Below the pieces are notes generated by a model, which had not been told where the DNA came from, made no database searches, and saw nothing but the letters and a program-made list of their open reading frames with translations. From the NCBI GenBank assembly GCA_965203295.1, contig CBDBCZ010000019.1, forward strand, positions 608,001-672,000: a stretch of DNA of 64,000 nt, read 5' to 3'. This document shows, one piece after another, positions 41,916-52,913 of the stretch. Both the position numbers and the translations under genes were made by a program. Position 1 is the stretch's first letter. Every line of letters starts with the position of its first letter. This DNA is from Nitrospirales bacterium (GTDB lineage: Bacteria; Nitrospirota; Nitrospiria; Nitrospirales; UBA8639).

Positions 41916-43586
41916 ATGGCGAATCTAAGAATAATCATCATTGGTGGTGTGGCTGGAGGGGCCAGCGCAGCCACAAAAGCCCGCCGTACGAACGAACAAG
42001 CCGAAATCACTATCTTTGAAAAAGGACCATTCGTGTCCTTCGCTAACTGTGGGTTGCCGTATTATGTGGGTGATGTCATTTCAGACCGCTATGACCTCCT
42101 CCTCCAAACCCCGAAAAACTTTTGGCGACGGTTTCGTATAGCCGTGAAAGTTCGGCACGAGGTTTTAAAGATCAACCGCATTGAGAAATGTGTTGATGTA
42201 AAAAATTTAGAAACCGAAGAGGTCTTCACCCAACCATATGATAAGCTGATCCTTGCTCCAGGTGCCGGAGCCATTGTGCCAAACCTACCAGGAATTCACG
42301 CAAACAACATCTTCACAGTGAAAACCGTTCCTGATTCGGATGCCATAAAGACGTATCTCGGTAGGCCTGGGCTTAAAAATGCGTTGGTGATTGGTGGCGG
42401 ATTTATTGGACTTGAAACGGCTGAAGCGTTAAAGAATCGAGGGATGGACGTCACTGTCGTGGAGCAAGCCCCACAAATCTTACCTGCATTCGATGTTGAT
42501 ATGGCGACTCTCGTAGCCAACCACTTGCAAGAGAAAGGGATGAAGCCTGTCGCAGGTGATGGCATTCAGGCGTTTCTTGAAAAAAACGGAAGTGCTTTCC
42601 AAGCTCAACTAGAAAGCGGAAGGTGTTTGTCGATGGATTTGGCCATTTTATCCATTGGGGTGAGGCCGGAGCTAAAACTTGCCCGTGAGGTTGGGCTTCA
42701 AATAGGAGATGCCGGTGGAATCGCGGTAAATGATCGTCAACAAACATCTGATTCAGAAATCTATGCGGCGGGTGATGCTGTTGAAACAAAGCATCTTGTA
42801 ACAGGGAAGCCCAGCCGCATTCCATTAGCTGGACCAGCCAACAAACAGGGACGTGTCGCTGGGGCAAATGCCGCTAGAGGCCATCTGCGTTTTCCTGGTG
42901 CTTTAGGTACGGCCATTGTCGAGACGATGGGAATTACTGCAGGCAAAACGGGATTGTCAGAATTTGAAGCTATGACCCATGGGTATGACTATTTCGTTTC
43001 CGTCATCCATCCTCTTGATCATGCGGGTTATTATCCAGGAGCTGAACCGCTTCATATGAAACTCATTGTCGAGGAGGTGACAGGAAGGTTGCTCGGGGCA
43101 CAAATTATTGGAGAGCAAGGTGTTGACAAACGTATAGACGTCCTTGCGACGGCATTAACAGGAGGGATGGGAGTTGAAGATTTAGAACATTTAGATTTGG
43201 CCTATGCTCCTCAATTCAATTCGGCTAAAGGCCCAGTGGTTATGGCTGGTTTTGTTGCTGCGAATACCTTACGAGGAGAGATCAACACAATAACGAGTAA
43301 AGAATTACAAAGTAGACTTGCATCTAATGAGGATATTCAACTTTTGGATGTCCGCACTTCTGATGAGTATCACCAACAACATATCCCGCATGCGCGTCTG
43401 GTTCTCATCGATGAGTTCCGGGAACATATTCAGGAATTAGATCCAAACAAAGAAACAGTTATGTACTGCCGAGTTGGATTACGAGGGTACCTTGCCTGCC
43501 GAATTTTGCTTCAACATGGGTTTCCTTACGTTTCTAATCTAACGGGAGGTATCCTCAGTTATCCTGAATCGAAACCCAACAGTTAA
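41916..43586 (+). CDS. cdr: CoA-disulfide/persulfide reductase with C-terminal rhodanese
   Basis: GGVAGG, SFANCGLP, GGGFIGLE, LAYAPQF, YCRVGLRG. Confidence 0.9.
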   Translation: MANLRIIIIGGVAGGASAATKARRTNEQAEITIFEKGPFVSFANCGLPYYVGDVISDRYDLLLQTPKNFWRRFRIAVKVRHEVLKINRIEKCVDVKNLETEEVFTQPYDKLILAPGAGAIVPNLPGIHANNIFTVKTVPDSDAIKTYLGRPGLKNALVIGGGFIGLETAEALKNRGMDVTVVEQAPQILPAFDVDMATLVANHLQEKGMKPVAGDGIQAFLEKNGSAFQAQLESGRCLSMDLAILSIGVRPELKLAREVGLQIGDAGGIAVNDRQQTSDSEIYAAGDAVETKHLVTGKPSRIPLAGPANKQGRVAGANAARGHLRFPGALGTAIVETMGITAGKTGLSEFEAMTHGYDYFVSVIHPLDHAGYYPGAEPLHMKLIVEEVTGRLLGAQIIGEQGVDKRIDVLATALTGGMGVEDLEHLDLAYAPQFNSAKGPVVMAGFVAANTLRGEINTITSKELQSRLASNEDIQLLDVRTSDEYHQQHIPHARLVLIDEFREHIQELDPNKETVMYCRVGLRGYLACRILLQHGFPYVSNLTGGILSYPESKPNS

Positions 43587-43797
43587 GGCAGAGTCTTATC
43601 CTTGTTTCTGCTATAGGAGTATCAAATAGGGGATGGATATGTGGCTGGTATCAATTCTGATGTAGACAGGGAATATGAGAAATACTCCTTGGGTTGAGCA
43701 TTTGGGAATTGAAGGATATGTGAAAGACATTTGACTTAAAAGGCCTCCGGCCTGGCGTGCCAAGAGTTTAAAGGGGGGCCTTTTCAAATGAGAAATC

Positions 43798-44355
43798 ATG
43801 GAAGGGAAAATGGGTGACAACAAATTTTTGACTGATATCAAGACATTAAGGGAACGCGCACGAAGAGAAATTGAAAAAGGGGCTGTGACGCCTGGCTATA
43901 AGGCTGATCGAACGACAGTGAACAACATCCTGAATGAAGCACTAGCTATGGAAATTGTGTGTGTGCTGCGTTACAAGAGACATTTTTATATGGCTTCCGG
44001 GATCAATGCGCAAAGCGTTGCTGCAGAATTTCTCCAACATGCTAATGAAGAACAGATGCATGCTGATCAAATCGCTCAACGAATCGTGCAGTTAGGTGGT
44101 GAACCAAACTTCTCTCCTGAGGGAATGTTAATCCGTAGTCATTCTGAATACGTGGAGGGCGAGTCCTTATCTGAGATGATTACAGAAAACCTCGTTGCAG
44201 AGCATGTAGCGATTGATAGCTATCGTGACATGATCAATTTTCTTGGGAATGATGATCCGACAACCCGTAGAATGCTAGAAGGTATCTTGGCAATGGAGGA
44301 AGAGCATGCGGACGATTTGGTAAGCCTGTTAGAGGAGATGAAGGTGAAAACGTGA
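43798..44355 (+). CDS. Bacterioferritin-like ferritin family protein
   Basis: Diiron ligands ALAME, EEQMHAD, LVAE, EEEHADD; RIVQLGGEP. Confidence 0.85.
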   Translation: MEGKMGDNKFLTDIKTLRERARREIEKGAVTPGYKADRTTVNNILNEALAMEIVCVLRYKRHFYMASGINAQSVAAEFLQHANEEQMHADQIAQRIVQLGGEPNFSPEGMLIRSHSEYVEGESLSEMITENLVAEHVAIDSYRDMINFLGNDDPTTRRMLEGILAMEEEHADDLVSLLEEMKVKT

Positions 44356-44375
44356 AGTATAGGGATTAGGGAAGG

Positions 44376-45042
44376 ATGATGAAGAAATTTCGAGTTCTGT
44401 TTATAATTGCATTTGTCTGGTTTGGCTCAGTCGCTTATGGACAGGATACGTCTGAGGGAATTCGGCCATTAATAGTTCTGGATAAGCCAGTCGACACGGT
44501 CATCCCTTCAGGTGTGATGTTTCTAAACGAGCCCAACACCACTCAACAATTCCTGACAAAGCTAGAAGGGCAACCACCAGATTGGAAGTATCTGTTTGGG
44601 AAAAACGTCGATGAACGATATGATCGGCTTTTCGATGAATCAGAAAAACGTGATGTACGTCGAGCTGATAATCCTAACCTAGAGCAGTCTATTGCTTTTC
44701 TCTGGGACGGATTTCTGACAAGGGTCCGGGATGATAAACCTGGATTCGCAGTTTCTATTGGCCCTAGGCAGATTCAAACTTCTTGGGGGATTGTTCGTTT
44801 CAAGATTGCCAACCAGCCTTTTGAAATGACAGCCATGCCTTCCACGGAGCTCTTTAAGGACCTAAAACAGAAACGGGATCGGAAAGAAGAGATGGCGATC
44901 TTGATTGTGTTTCAAGGCAAACTCATTCCTGAAGAATCGCTTATGTATGATTTTCACTGCAAAGGAAGGTGAAGGCATGATTCTCCACATCGTAGAACTT
45001 ACGCAGGTTGATTATGTTTTAAGCTCGAATCATTTACCCTAG
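44376..45042 (+). CDS. Secreted hypothetical protein; probable +1 frameshift near the 3' end
   Basis: Signal peptide; ORF stops at 44972 but the shifted frame after the T-run at 44951 reads TAKEGEGMILHIVELTQVDYV... to 45042. Confidence 0.55.
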
Positions 45043-45046
45043 TTCA

Positions 45047-45085
45047 TTCATTGTTAAGTTAACAATGAACAGTTAGCGGTTAACG
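45047..45085. promoter_or_regulatory. Candidate bEBP upstream activating sequence 2
   Basis: TTCATTGTTAA-G-TTAACAATGAA perfect palindrome plus GTTAACG at 45079. Confidence 0.65.
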
Positions 45086-45177
45086 TTTCACCTGTTTCCG
45101 CCACGCTGTTTTCAAGAAATCCCAGTTATGGCACTAAAAATAGGGGACTTTTTTTGATATCTTCTTGGATGCCTTCT

Positions 45178-45193
45178 TGGCTTCAATTTTGCT
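45178..45193 (+). promoter_or_regulatory. Sigma-54 promoter of the cytochrome/sorAB operon
   Basis: TGGCTTCAATTTTGCT = GG-N10-GC. Confidence 0.65.
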
Positions 45194-45336
45194 TAACGTA
45201 CGTTTAACGAGACGACAGAGTCAGCGAACAAACAAAATTTGATGACAATTTCAAAACAACTAGATCATGCCTAGTGTAGAAATTTTCCACAGTAACATTT
45301 TACGGAAGAATTCGTACCACAGGGAGGCTTCAATGC

Positions 45337-46786
45337 ATGTATGCATTATCACGTTCCTTGGACAAAGTTTGGTTACCCTTTGCATCGGTTCTTTTCATTG
45401 GAAGCTTCTTTCTTGTGCTATGTAGTGGTACCGATCTTTGGGCTGCTGATGAAAAACAAGCGGAGATGATGATTAACAATGTCTGCTCCACCTGCCATAA
45501 GTTCAAAGGTGAGGGTGAGAGTCGGTTTAATCTGAAGGCCCCAGACCTCATGTGGGCTGGCAGTAAATATCAGCGGGAATGGCTCATCGGTTACCTCACT
45601 GGAAAAGAGAAATTGTTGTATACCAAGAGCTATCACTGGGACCAGGGATGGGAACCAGATGTGCACATCACGCTAACACAAGATCAAGCAGAGGGAATTG
45701 CAGAATATTTCGAAAAACATTTCGTCGACCCGCGTGTCAAAGTCGGGTCGTTTGATCTCACCAAAGTTACACGAAAAGAGGTGGAGTTTGGTGCTCAGGC
45801 CTATAAGGACCATGCCTGTATTGGCTGTCATACGATTGAAGAAAACGGACAGTTGGTGGGGGGACCGCAGAGTGCCAACTTAGCCGAATCCGGAAAACGT
45901 TATGACAAAGATTGGTTATTCCGGTTCGGGTTAAATCCGCAAGATTTCACGCCTCATAGTGGAGAGTTTTTAGCAGAAGCTACGGAGTTTGGTTTGAGGG
46001 CGATCATTGGGTACCTCGATCATTGGGTACCTGATGACTCTGGGTATTCCTGATTTTCAGTACTATGAACCCTGGAAGAGTCCGGAGTTTGAGACTGCCA
46101 GCGTGGATCGAGGAAAGGTGATCTATAAAGAATACTGCTCACAATGTCATGGAGCCACGGGAAAGGGCGATGGAGCAGGTGCCTCAGGGTTAAGCCCCAA
46201 ACCAGCGGTCCATGCAAACATGGCCTTTGACAAATTACCCATGGAATATCTCTACAATGTGATCTATCACGGTGGTCGGAGTGTCGGGAAATCAACTTCC
46301 ATGCCATATTGGAATTTAACGATTGGTCAACAAGGAGTGGCCGATGTGATCGCGTATCTCAAGGTGACATTTAAGGGTGCTCCACAAATGGCTGAGTCCA
46401 TGGTAGCTGAGGGACCATCCGGAGTCTGTCCCCAGCCTCGAAAGACAAAACGAGCGCCCGGGAAGTACCGGAAGATGACCAATCCTCTCCCAGCGACCGC
46501 AGCTAATGTTAAGGCAGGGGAAATGTTGTTCCAGCAAACAGCGCAACCGTTGGCCTGTATGAATTGTCATGGGACAAAGGGCGATGGGCAAGGTCCAATG
46601 GGAGCGGCACTAGATCCTCGTCCACGGAACTTTACCTGTGGTGAGACGATGAAAAATATTACCGATGGTCAAATGTATTGGATCATCAAGAAAGGATCGA
46701 TAGGCACTGGCATGATGGCTTTTTCAGGTATGCCAGATAACCAAATATGGCAACTGATCCAGTATATTCGGACGTTAGCCAAATAA
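45337..46786 (+). pseudogene. Tetraheme cytochrome c split by a 16-bp duplication
   Basis: CSTCH, CIGCH, CSQCH, CMNCH; CGATCATTGGGTACCT x2 at 46001-46032; removing one copy gives one 477-aa ORF. Confidence 0.88.
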
Positions 46787-46965
46787 GTCTTATCAAGCAA
46801 CCATGGCATCTCGTGCCCTGTACCTTCCTCTTCCCTCTCTTTACAAGAGAGAGGGAGAGGTGGCATCCAGAATTTGAAGACTTATTCTGGCCATTTCTAT
46901 CTTCTGCTTTGTGTCCAGGGAGTATGACAAGTTGGTTTTCATTACGTCTATCTATGAGCTGATCG

Positions 46966-48210
46966 ATGAAGGAATGGGTTTTCAACAATCCAACCGGCCT
47001 CACGCGACGTCATTTTCTCCAGACAAGCGCCATCTTAGGTGGCTTAGCTCTCGTCGGAAACAAGCTCGTCCGTGCTGATGATGCTCCAGTAATTGAGCTC
47101 CCATTTGAACGGGGAAAGAGACCTCTCGTCGCGTTTCCACAGAAGCGGCTGCTGATGGTGATGACAACAAGGCCGCCTCAGCTCGAAACGCCTTTTCATC
47201 TATTTAACGAGAGTATTTTCACTCCTAATGACGCTTTCTTTGTTCGATGGCATCTGGCGAATATTCCGACAAGCCTAGACCTCCAATCTTTTCGACTGAC
47301 GATTCGAGGGCGAGTGGAGCAAGTTCTCTCACTCAGCCTTCAAGACTTACAGCGAGATTTTGAACAGGTTGAATTGCCCGCTGTCTGCCAATGTGCAGGC
47401 AATAGTCGGGGATTTTTCGAGCCCCGTGTGCCAGGTGGACAATGAGGCAATGGGGCGATGGGTAATGCGTTATGGACTGGAGTGCGATTGCGAGACATTC
47501 TGAATCGAGCAGGGTTGAAAAAAGATGCGGTTCAAGTCCGTTTTGATGGACTGGATAAACCCGTAGCCGATGCGACGCCTGACTTCCGCAAGTCTTTAGA
47601 GATTGATCAGACATTACGTGATCATATCTTGGTTGCCTATAGCATGAATGGTGAAGCCCTCCTATCGCTAAACGGGTTCCCCCTCCGCTTGGTTGTTCCA
47701 GGGTGGTATGCTACGTATTGGGTCAAAATGCTGAATGACATCGAAGTGCTGAATACAGAAGATCAGGAATTTTGGATGAAACGAGCGTATCGATTACCAG
47801 ACGATCCCTGTCGGTTTACAGACCCCGGCGAAAAGCCGACGGCAACGGTGCCGTTAGGTGCCATGACCATTCGTTCTTTTATCACTAATATACAACAGGG
47901 GGCATCGATACCTTCCGGTCAGGTGCAGAAGGTCAAAAGGATTGCGTTCGATCAAGGATATAGCATTGATCGTGTGCTGTTTTCCACAGATGGGGGGCAG
48001 CATTGGCAAAACGCAAAACTGGGAAGGGATTATGGAGACTTTAGTTTTCGACCGTGGGAAGCCCAATTTACAACCAAGGCAGGAAAGACCTATCAACTTC
48101 AATCAATGGCGATCAATCGAATTGGGGAATCCCAACGGATGAGTGCGCGTTGGAATTCAAGCGGATATCTTCGGAACGTAATCGAAACCCTCTCAGTGAC
48201 GGGAATATAG
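46966..48210 (+). pseudogene. sorA: SorA-like sulfite:cytochrome c oxidoreductase Mo subunit with nonsense mutation
   Basis: Tat TRRHFL, TPNDAFFVRWH, CQCAGNSR, NGFPLRLVVPGWY; PGGQ*GNGAMG with in-frame TGA at 47443-47445 where W is expected. Confidence 0.88.
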
Positions 48211-48221
48211 GAAGCTGAAGC

Positions 48222-48863
48222 ATGAACATGTTTCGTCTCTTAATCATCGCAAGCCTCGCGGTTCTTTTGATAGGGACTGGTCAGCCGGGATTGGTTGCAG
48301 GCGACCAGAACTTTTTATTACCTTCTGATCCTATGGCCTTTCAATCTGGACCAGGAAATTAGGTCGCTTCCAGTTATTGTGTTATTTGCCATTCTGCAGA
48401 GTATGTCTATATGCAGCCACCCCATCCTCCAGAAAAATGGAACGAAATAGTCTGGAAAATGAAACAAGCTTTTGGATGTCCTATTCCCAAGGAAGATATT
48501 TCAACCTTGGTGGATTACCTCGTTGGACAAAATAGCGTTCAGCCAGCAATCGGAACCCAAAATGCTCAGCAGCCTGTTTCCCCGGTCGCATCAGAAGGGG
48601 CAAGCTCGGCAAATGTAAAGACCGTTTTCAACACTTATTGTATGAACTGCCATGGAGAAACGGGAAAAGGGGACGGTCCCATTGGCAAATCCTTGGTTCC
48701 TCCTGCGGCTAATCTGACGCAATTACAGAACAAATCGGACGACATGATACGCAAGACGATTCAAAATGGTCGTCCTGGAACGGCCATGCCTTCTTGGAAA
48801 AATGATCTTTCCCCACAAGACATTCAGGATGTTTTAGCGTATATTCGTCAGTTGAGTCAGTAA
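48222..48863 (+). pseudogene. sorB: SorB-like cytochrome c fused to a second heme domain, with nonsense mutation
   Basis: ATG 48222 signal peptide; in-frame TAG at 48360-48362; CVICHSAEYVYMQPP and CMNCH. Confidence 0.82.
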
Positions 48864-48912
48864 TCCTAGCAATCACCTAATCTCCTAGAGTGCAGTTGTT
48901 TTTCTCCTTTCT

Positions 48913-50064
48913 GTGACTGAAAACTCAATTTCCAATCTGCCTGCCTTTCCCATTCAAGAGCCCTTTCTACAAGTTTGTCACCTCCTGACCTTTCTGCTGC
49001 ATCTCATGTTTATGAACGTGTTGGTTGGGGGAACCTCGGTCATGGTGATCACGGATTGGCTCGGATTGTGCACCGGCAGAGGGTACTACCGACGCCTGGG
49101 AGCGACTTTGGCCGGCGTTGTTCCTTTTGCCTTGGTCTTCACCATTCTGCTAGGTATTGCTTCACTCCTGTTTCTTCAAATCATTTATAGGGGGATTGTG
49201 TCTGCAACGACTGGCCTTCTTAACACCGCATGGCTGATAGTGCTTGGTATGCTTGGGCTTGGGTTTTACATGCTCTACGTTTACCAACAGTCTCGAGAAG
49301 ATCCCTCCCGTTCCCCCTATTTTCATCTTGTCATTGGAAGTATGAGCACAGGGCTATTCTTGGGAGTGGCATTAATATTCGTTTCGGCAAACATCTTGAT
49401 GCTTTTTCCAGAGAAATGGAGCGCCATTCAAACCATTAGTTTGAGTGGCGCATTAGATCTCCCAACCGTTATTCCGCGCTTTCTCCATATCGTTCTGGCC
49501 AGTGTGGCAGGGCTTGGGATCCTCATGATGTTGTATGGGATGACGTTATCATCCCGATGGGGAAATCGATTTTTTAGAGGGTCGATGCCCGATCCTGATT
49601 ACGCGCTGTGGGTTATGCGGTATGGAGTTGCCTGTACTCTTGGAGGAACGCTCCCCCAAACCGTCGTGGGTCCGTGGTTGCTTCTGGCTCTACCGGATTA
49701 TGTACGTGGAGCTTTGGTGAGCGGTGAAACTGTTGGATCATTAGCCTTTTTTGTGAGTTTAACGTGCGCCTTACTCGGACTTGTTCTGTTGAATGCTGCC
49801 CTGATGGTTCCTAAATCTAAGGGCCTTGCCCTAGGAGGGCTCATAAGCTTGATGGTCACCATAGCTCTTATGGTAGTGGTGAGGGACCAAGTTCGGTACG
49901 ACTGGCTCCGTCCTCATTTTGATCCAAGCCTGTCTCAACAAGATCTCTCAATAGTGATGATCAGCCTTTCAATGGGCATACTCGTGGCCACTTCGTGGGC
50001 AATTTTCCATATGATCCGAAAAGCTTTAAGGACATCTTTTCGTATACAAAATCCCGGCATGTAG
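48913..50064 (+). CDS. Polytopic membrane protein, possibly cytochrome b / bd-subunit-I-like
   Basis: About 10 TM segments; His in TM motifs LHLMFMN and RFLHIV. Confidence 0.5.
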   Translation: MTENSISNLPAFPIQEPFLQVCHLLTFLLHLMFMNVLVGGTSVMVITDWLGLCTGRGYYRRLGATLAGVVPFALVFTILLGIASLLFLQIIYRGIVSATTGLLNTAWLIVLGMLGLGFYMLYVYQQSREDPSRSPYFHLVIGSMSTGLFLGVALIFVSANILMLFPEKWSAIQTISLSGALDLPTVIPRFLHIVLASVAGLGILMMLYGMTLSSRWGNRFFRGSMPDPDYALWVMRYGVACTLGGTLPQTVVGPWLLLALPDYVRGALVSGETVGSLAFFVSLTCALLGLVLLNAALMVPKSKGLALGGLISLMVTIALMVVVRDQVRYDWLRPHFDPSLSQQDLSIVMISLSMGILVATSWAIFHMIRKALRTSFRIQNPGM

Positions 50065-50090
50065 AAATTCAGACTTGCAGTCTTCATATC

Positions 50091-50880
50091 ATGACGATTC
50101 AAGCCCTATTCGCACTTATCTTAGGAGGGATCATAGGGACATTCTTGGGAGCCACTGGTGGTGGAGGATCCCTTATGGCGATCCCATTGTTGGTATATGT
50201 CGTTGGAGTACCGGTTCAAAGTGCGACCGCGATGTCTTTGGTGGTCGTAGGCTTCTCAGCGTTCTTCGGAGCCTGGAGAGCAGGTCGTGATGGAAAGGTT
50301 CGGGGATTGGCGGCGTTACTATATCAGTGCGACTGGAGCCATCGGAGCGTGGATTGGAGCATATGGGCATCAGCTCGTCCACGGGAATATGGTCCTTCTC
50401 TTATTCGGCATCTTGATGGGTGTGATTGCAATTGTAACCTGGCATCGGAGTCGAAGTGAGATTGAAGGGCCGCTCGACGAAGGCTGTGCAGTCGAGTTCT
50501 CCTTCGCTTGTATGGGAAAAGCCTTAAGTATCGGGTTCTGCGTTGGTCTGTTAACTGGATTTTTCGGAATCGGAGGTGGGTTTGTCATCGTGCCAGGATT
50601 GGTGTTGATCATGGGATTTCCTATGCGAATCGCGATTGGTACCTCACTTCTGATTATTGGCCTAATTTCTTTAGGGGGAATCGCAGGACATTTGTCTTTG
50701 GCCAAGATTGATGGTGTCCTCACGACTTTGGTCTTAGGTGGAAGTATGGCGGGTATCATAGGAGGCAGCCAGTTGGCAAAAGCCATGGATGTTCAGACAC
50801 TTAGCAAGGCTTTTGCTGTCGTGGCAGGTGGAGTGAGTCTTTTCATCATGATTGATAATGGTCTTCACCTCCTGAGTTAA
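50091..50880 (+). pseudogene. TauE/SafE sulfite exporter, frameshifted
   Basis: GATGGGGSLMAIPLL and GFFGIGGGFVIVP halves are in different frames, switching near 50320. Confidence 0.85.
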
Positions 50881-50960
50881 CACTGAGGAAAAGGACATGA
50901 TCTCGTTTCTCTCGCTTTCTCTGGAGCGAGAGCTCAGTGAGGAAGAGGTAGGAAGCCGGT

Positions 50961-52913
50961 CTACAAATTGTGATTCACAGGTAGAGCTAACGTGAAATGT
51001 CGGCCTCGGTCTTCGTAGAGAAGGCGTTTTTGGAGGAGCGTGCAGATAATATCATCAACGGGTAGAGTGTGGTCTGATTGAGAAGCAGTTTGTTCAGTCA
51101 ATCCATGACGGATCTGATCGATCGTTTTCGGTGTTTCATTACAGAATTCAATGATGAAAGCGGCAGGCCAATCGAAACGCTCACTGGTCGGAGTGGTGTA
51201 TCGTCCATCATAGACCGTGATGTAGCTTAAGGCCTTGGCATAAAACAAAAAGGGTCGATTGTCGGAAAAATACCGCTGTCTCCATTCGCTCACCCACCGG
51301 ACCAATTCTTTGTATAGCGCGGGATCCACCCTCCAATCCACGTCGTACTCAAAGTCGTACGCAATCTTGTTCAAATCCACCTTATGGGCATCGTACACGT
51401 ATTCATACGCGCTCCCTGGTCCGGTGATGCGGACACCATAATCTTCAGGTCGCATGAAGTAGGGGCTGAACCGTTCGAGCCAAAGTTTTCCGGTTGATTC
51501 GGGTGGCTGAAGGTGGAGTAACGACGGAATCAGCTCAATCTGGCGCTGATAATCTTCATTGGTTTCCTTGGGAAAGCCCAAGAGAATATTCCACGAGATA
51601 TCAATATTGTAGTATCGGCTCCATTTGAGACATTGAATGTTTTGAAGTGGGCTGACTCCCTTATCCATTTCTTTCAGTTGGCTATTGCTGAGGCTTTCAA
51701 TGCCTGGCTGCATGCATTTGACTCCACCTTGAGCCAAGGTTTGAATTTGCCGTTTCGTGAGATTGCTCTTGGTCTCCATAAACACATCAAGGTCATAATG
51801 GTTTTGAGCAAATTTCCCAAATAAATGGTCGATGTATTTCATATCGATGATGTTGTCGACCAGTCGGAACCGAGTGGTTTCATATCGACTAGAGAGAACG
51901 TCCATTTCGTTAGCAACCTGACCAGCTGATTTTGCGCGAAATTTCATAGCTTGAGCATTGAGACCGCAAAACGTGCAATGGTGTTTTTCGCCCCACCAAC
52001 ATCCTCGTGAGCCTTCATACAGAAGAATGCGATTCAATCCCGTGGAACCTTGGCCTTCTAACTCTTTCATCAACTCAAAATAATCGTCGTAATCCGGAGG
52101 ACCTGTCTCCTGGAAATCAGAAAACAGTTTGGAATTTGGGGTCAGATGTATTTGCCCGTTCTTCCGATACGCAATGCCAGGAGGAAAGGTCTCTTCCTGT
52201 CCACGTAGAATCTGTTTGACCAATTGAGGAAAAGCCTCTTCACCCTCGCCGACCACGACGTAATCAATCCAAGGAAATGCACGGAGTTGTTCGAGTCCCA
52301 TTTCTCCTTCAAAATTTGCACCGCCGAAGACAATGCGAATGTCGGGATAGAGATCTTTAATGAGTTTAGCCAGGGTAAGACTGGCCACGTTCTGATCAAA
52401 GGTTGAAGTAAAGCCCACGACTTTATATTGGTCCCATTCATAAGCCGTAATGGCCCAAGTGAGAAACTGAGGTGCAAGTTTGTGAGCGATCTCTTCTAGA
52501 AAACCAATCGAGCACCCACTTTCTTTGGCTGTCGATTCAAAGACAGGTTTGAATATATGAGGGTACTCATCATGTTTGGGGTTGTCGTGGAACAATATGG
52601 ATGAGAAAAACCATTCCCCGATCAATCCGCGCTTTTCACACAGCACCTCGTAGAGCGGGACTCCAATCTTGTGGGCAAACAACACGTTTAAGTGGTAGGA
52701 CTTCACCCCGATGCCCTGGTTCTTTAATACGCGGGATAATGTTCCTAACTGAATGGAAGGGAATCTAGAATACACGAATGGCATGGTCACAAGGGCGACG
52801 GATGGGTTCCCAGAGAGATCGTCCCAGCCCTCTTGCGAAACTAGTGCTTCGGCTTGGGGTGTGGAAGAGCCAATCGTAATCAGTGGTTCTTGAATCGAAG
52901 AGGTCTCAGGCAT
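50961..52913 (-). CDS. RiPP-maturation-type B12-dependent radical SAM methyltransferase
   Basis: VTMPF...PSIQLG, GFTSTFDQ, GGAN, SRGCWWGEKHHCTFCGLN (Cx7Cx2C), QPGIES, ERFSPY. Confidence 0.85.
   Translation of the reverse strand: MPETSSIQEPLITIGSSTPQAEALVSQEGWDDLSGNPSVALVTMPFVYSRFPSIQLGTLSRVLKNQGIGVKSYHLNVLFAHKIGVPLYEVLCEKRGLIGEWFFSSILFHDNPKHDEYPHIFKPVFESTAKESGCSIGFLEEIAHKLAPQFLTWAITAYEWDQYKVVGFTSTFDQNVASLTLAKLIKDLYPDIRIVFGGANFEGEMGLEQLRAFPWIDYVVVGEGEEAFPQLVKQILRGQEETFPPGIAYRKNGQIHLTPNSKLFSDFQETGPPDYDDYFELMKELEGQGSTGLNRILLYEGSRGCWWGEKHHCTFCGLNAQAMKFRAKSAGQVANEMDVLSSRYETTRFRLVDNIIDMKYIDHLFGKFAQNHYDLDVFMETKSNLTKRQIQTLAQGGVKCMQPGIESLSNSQLKEMDKGVSPLQNIQCLKWSRYYNIDISWNILLGFPKETNEDYQRQIELIPSLLHLQPPESTGKLWLERFSPYFMRPEDYGVRITGPGSAYEYVYDAHKVDLNKIAYDFEYDVDWRVDPALYKELVRWVSEWRQRYFSDNRPFLFYAKALSYITVYDGRYTTPTSERFDWPAAFIIEFCNETPKTIDQIRHGLTEQTASQSDHTLPVDDIICTLLQKRLLYEDRGRHFTLALPVNHNL

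Noticed and set aside
36341..48362. In-frame stops as evidence of codon reassignment or selenocysteine
   Set aside because: Stops are mixed (TAA, TGA, TGA, TAG), replace different expected residues (R, W), co-occur with frameshifts, and all three stops end normal genes elsewhere
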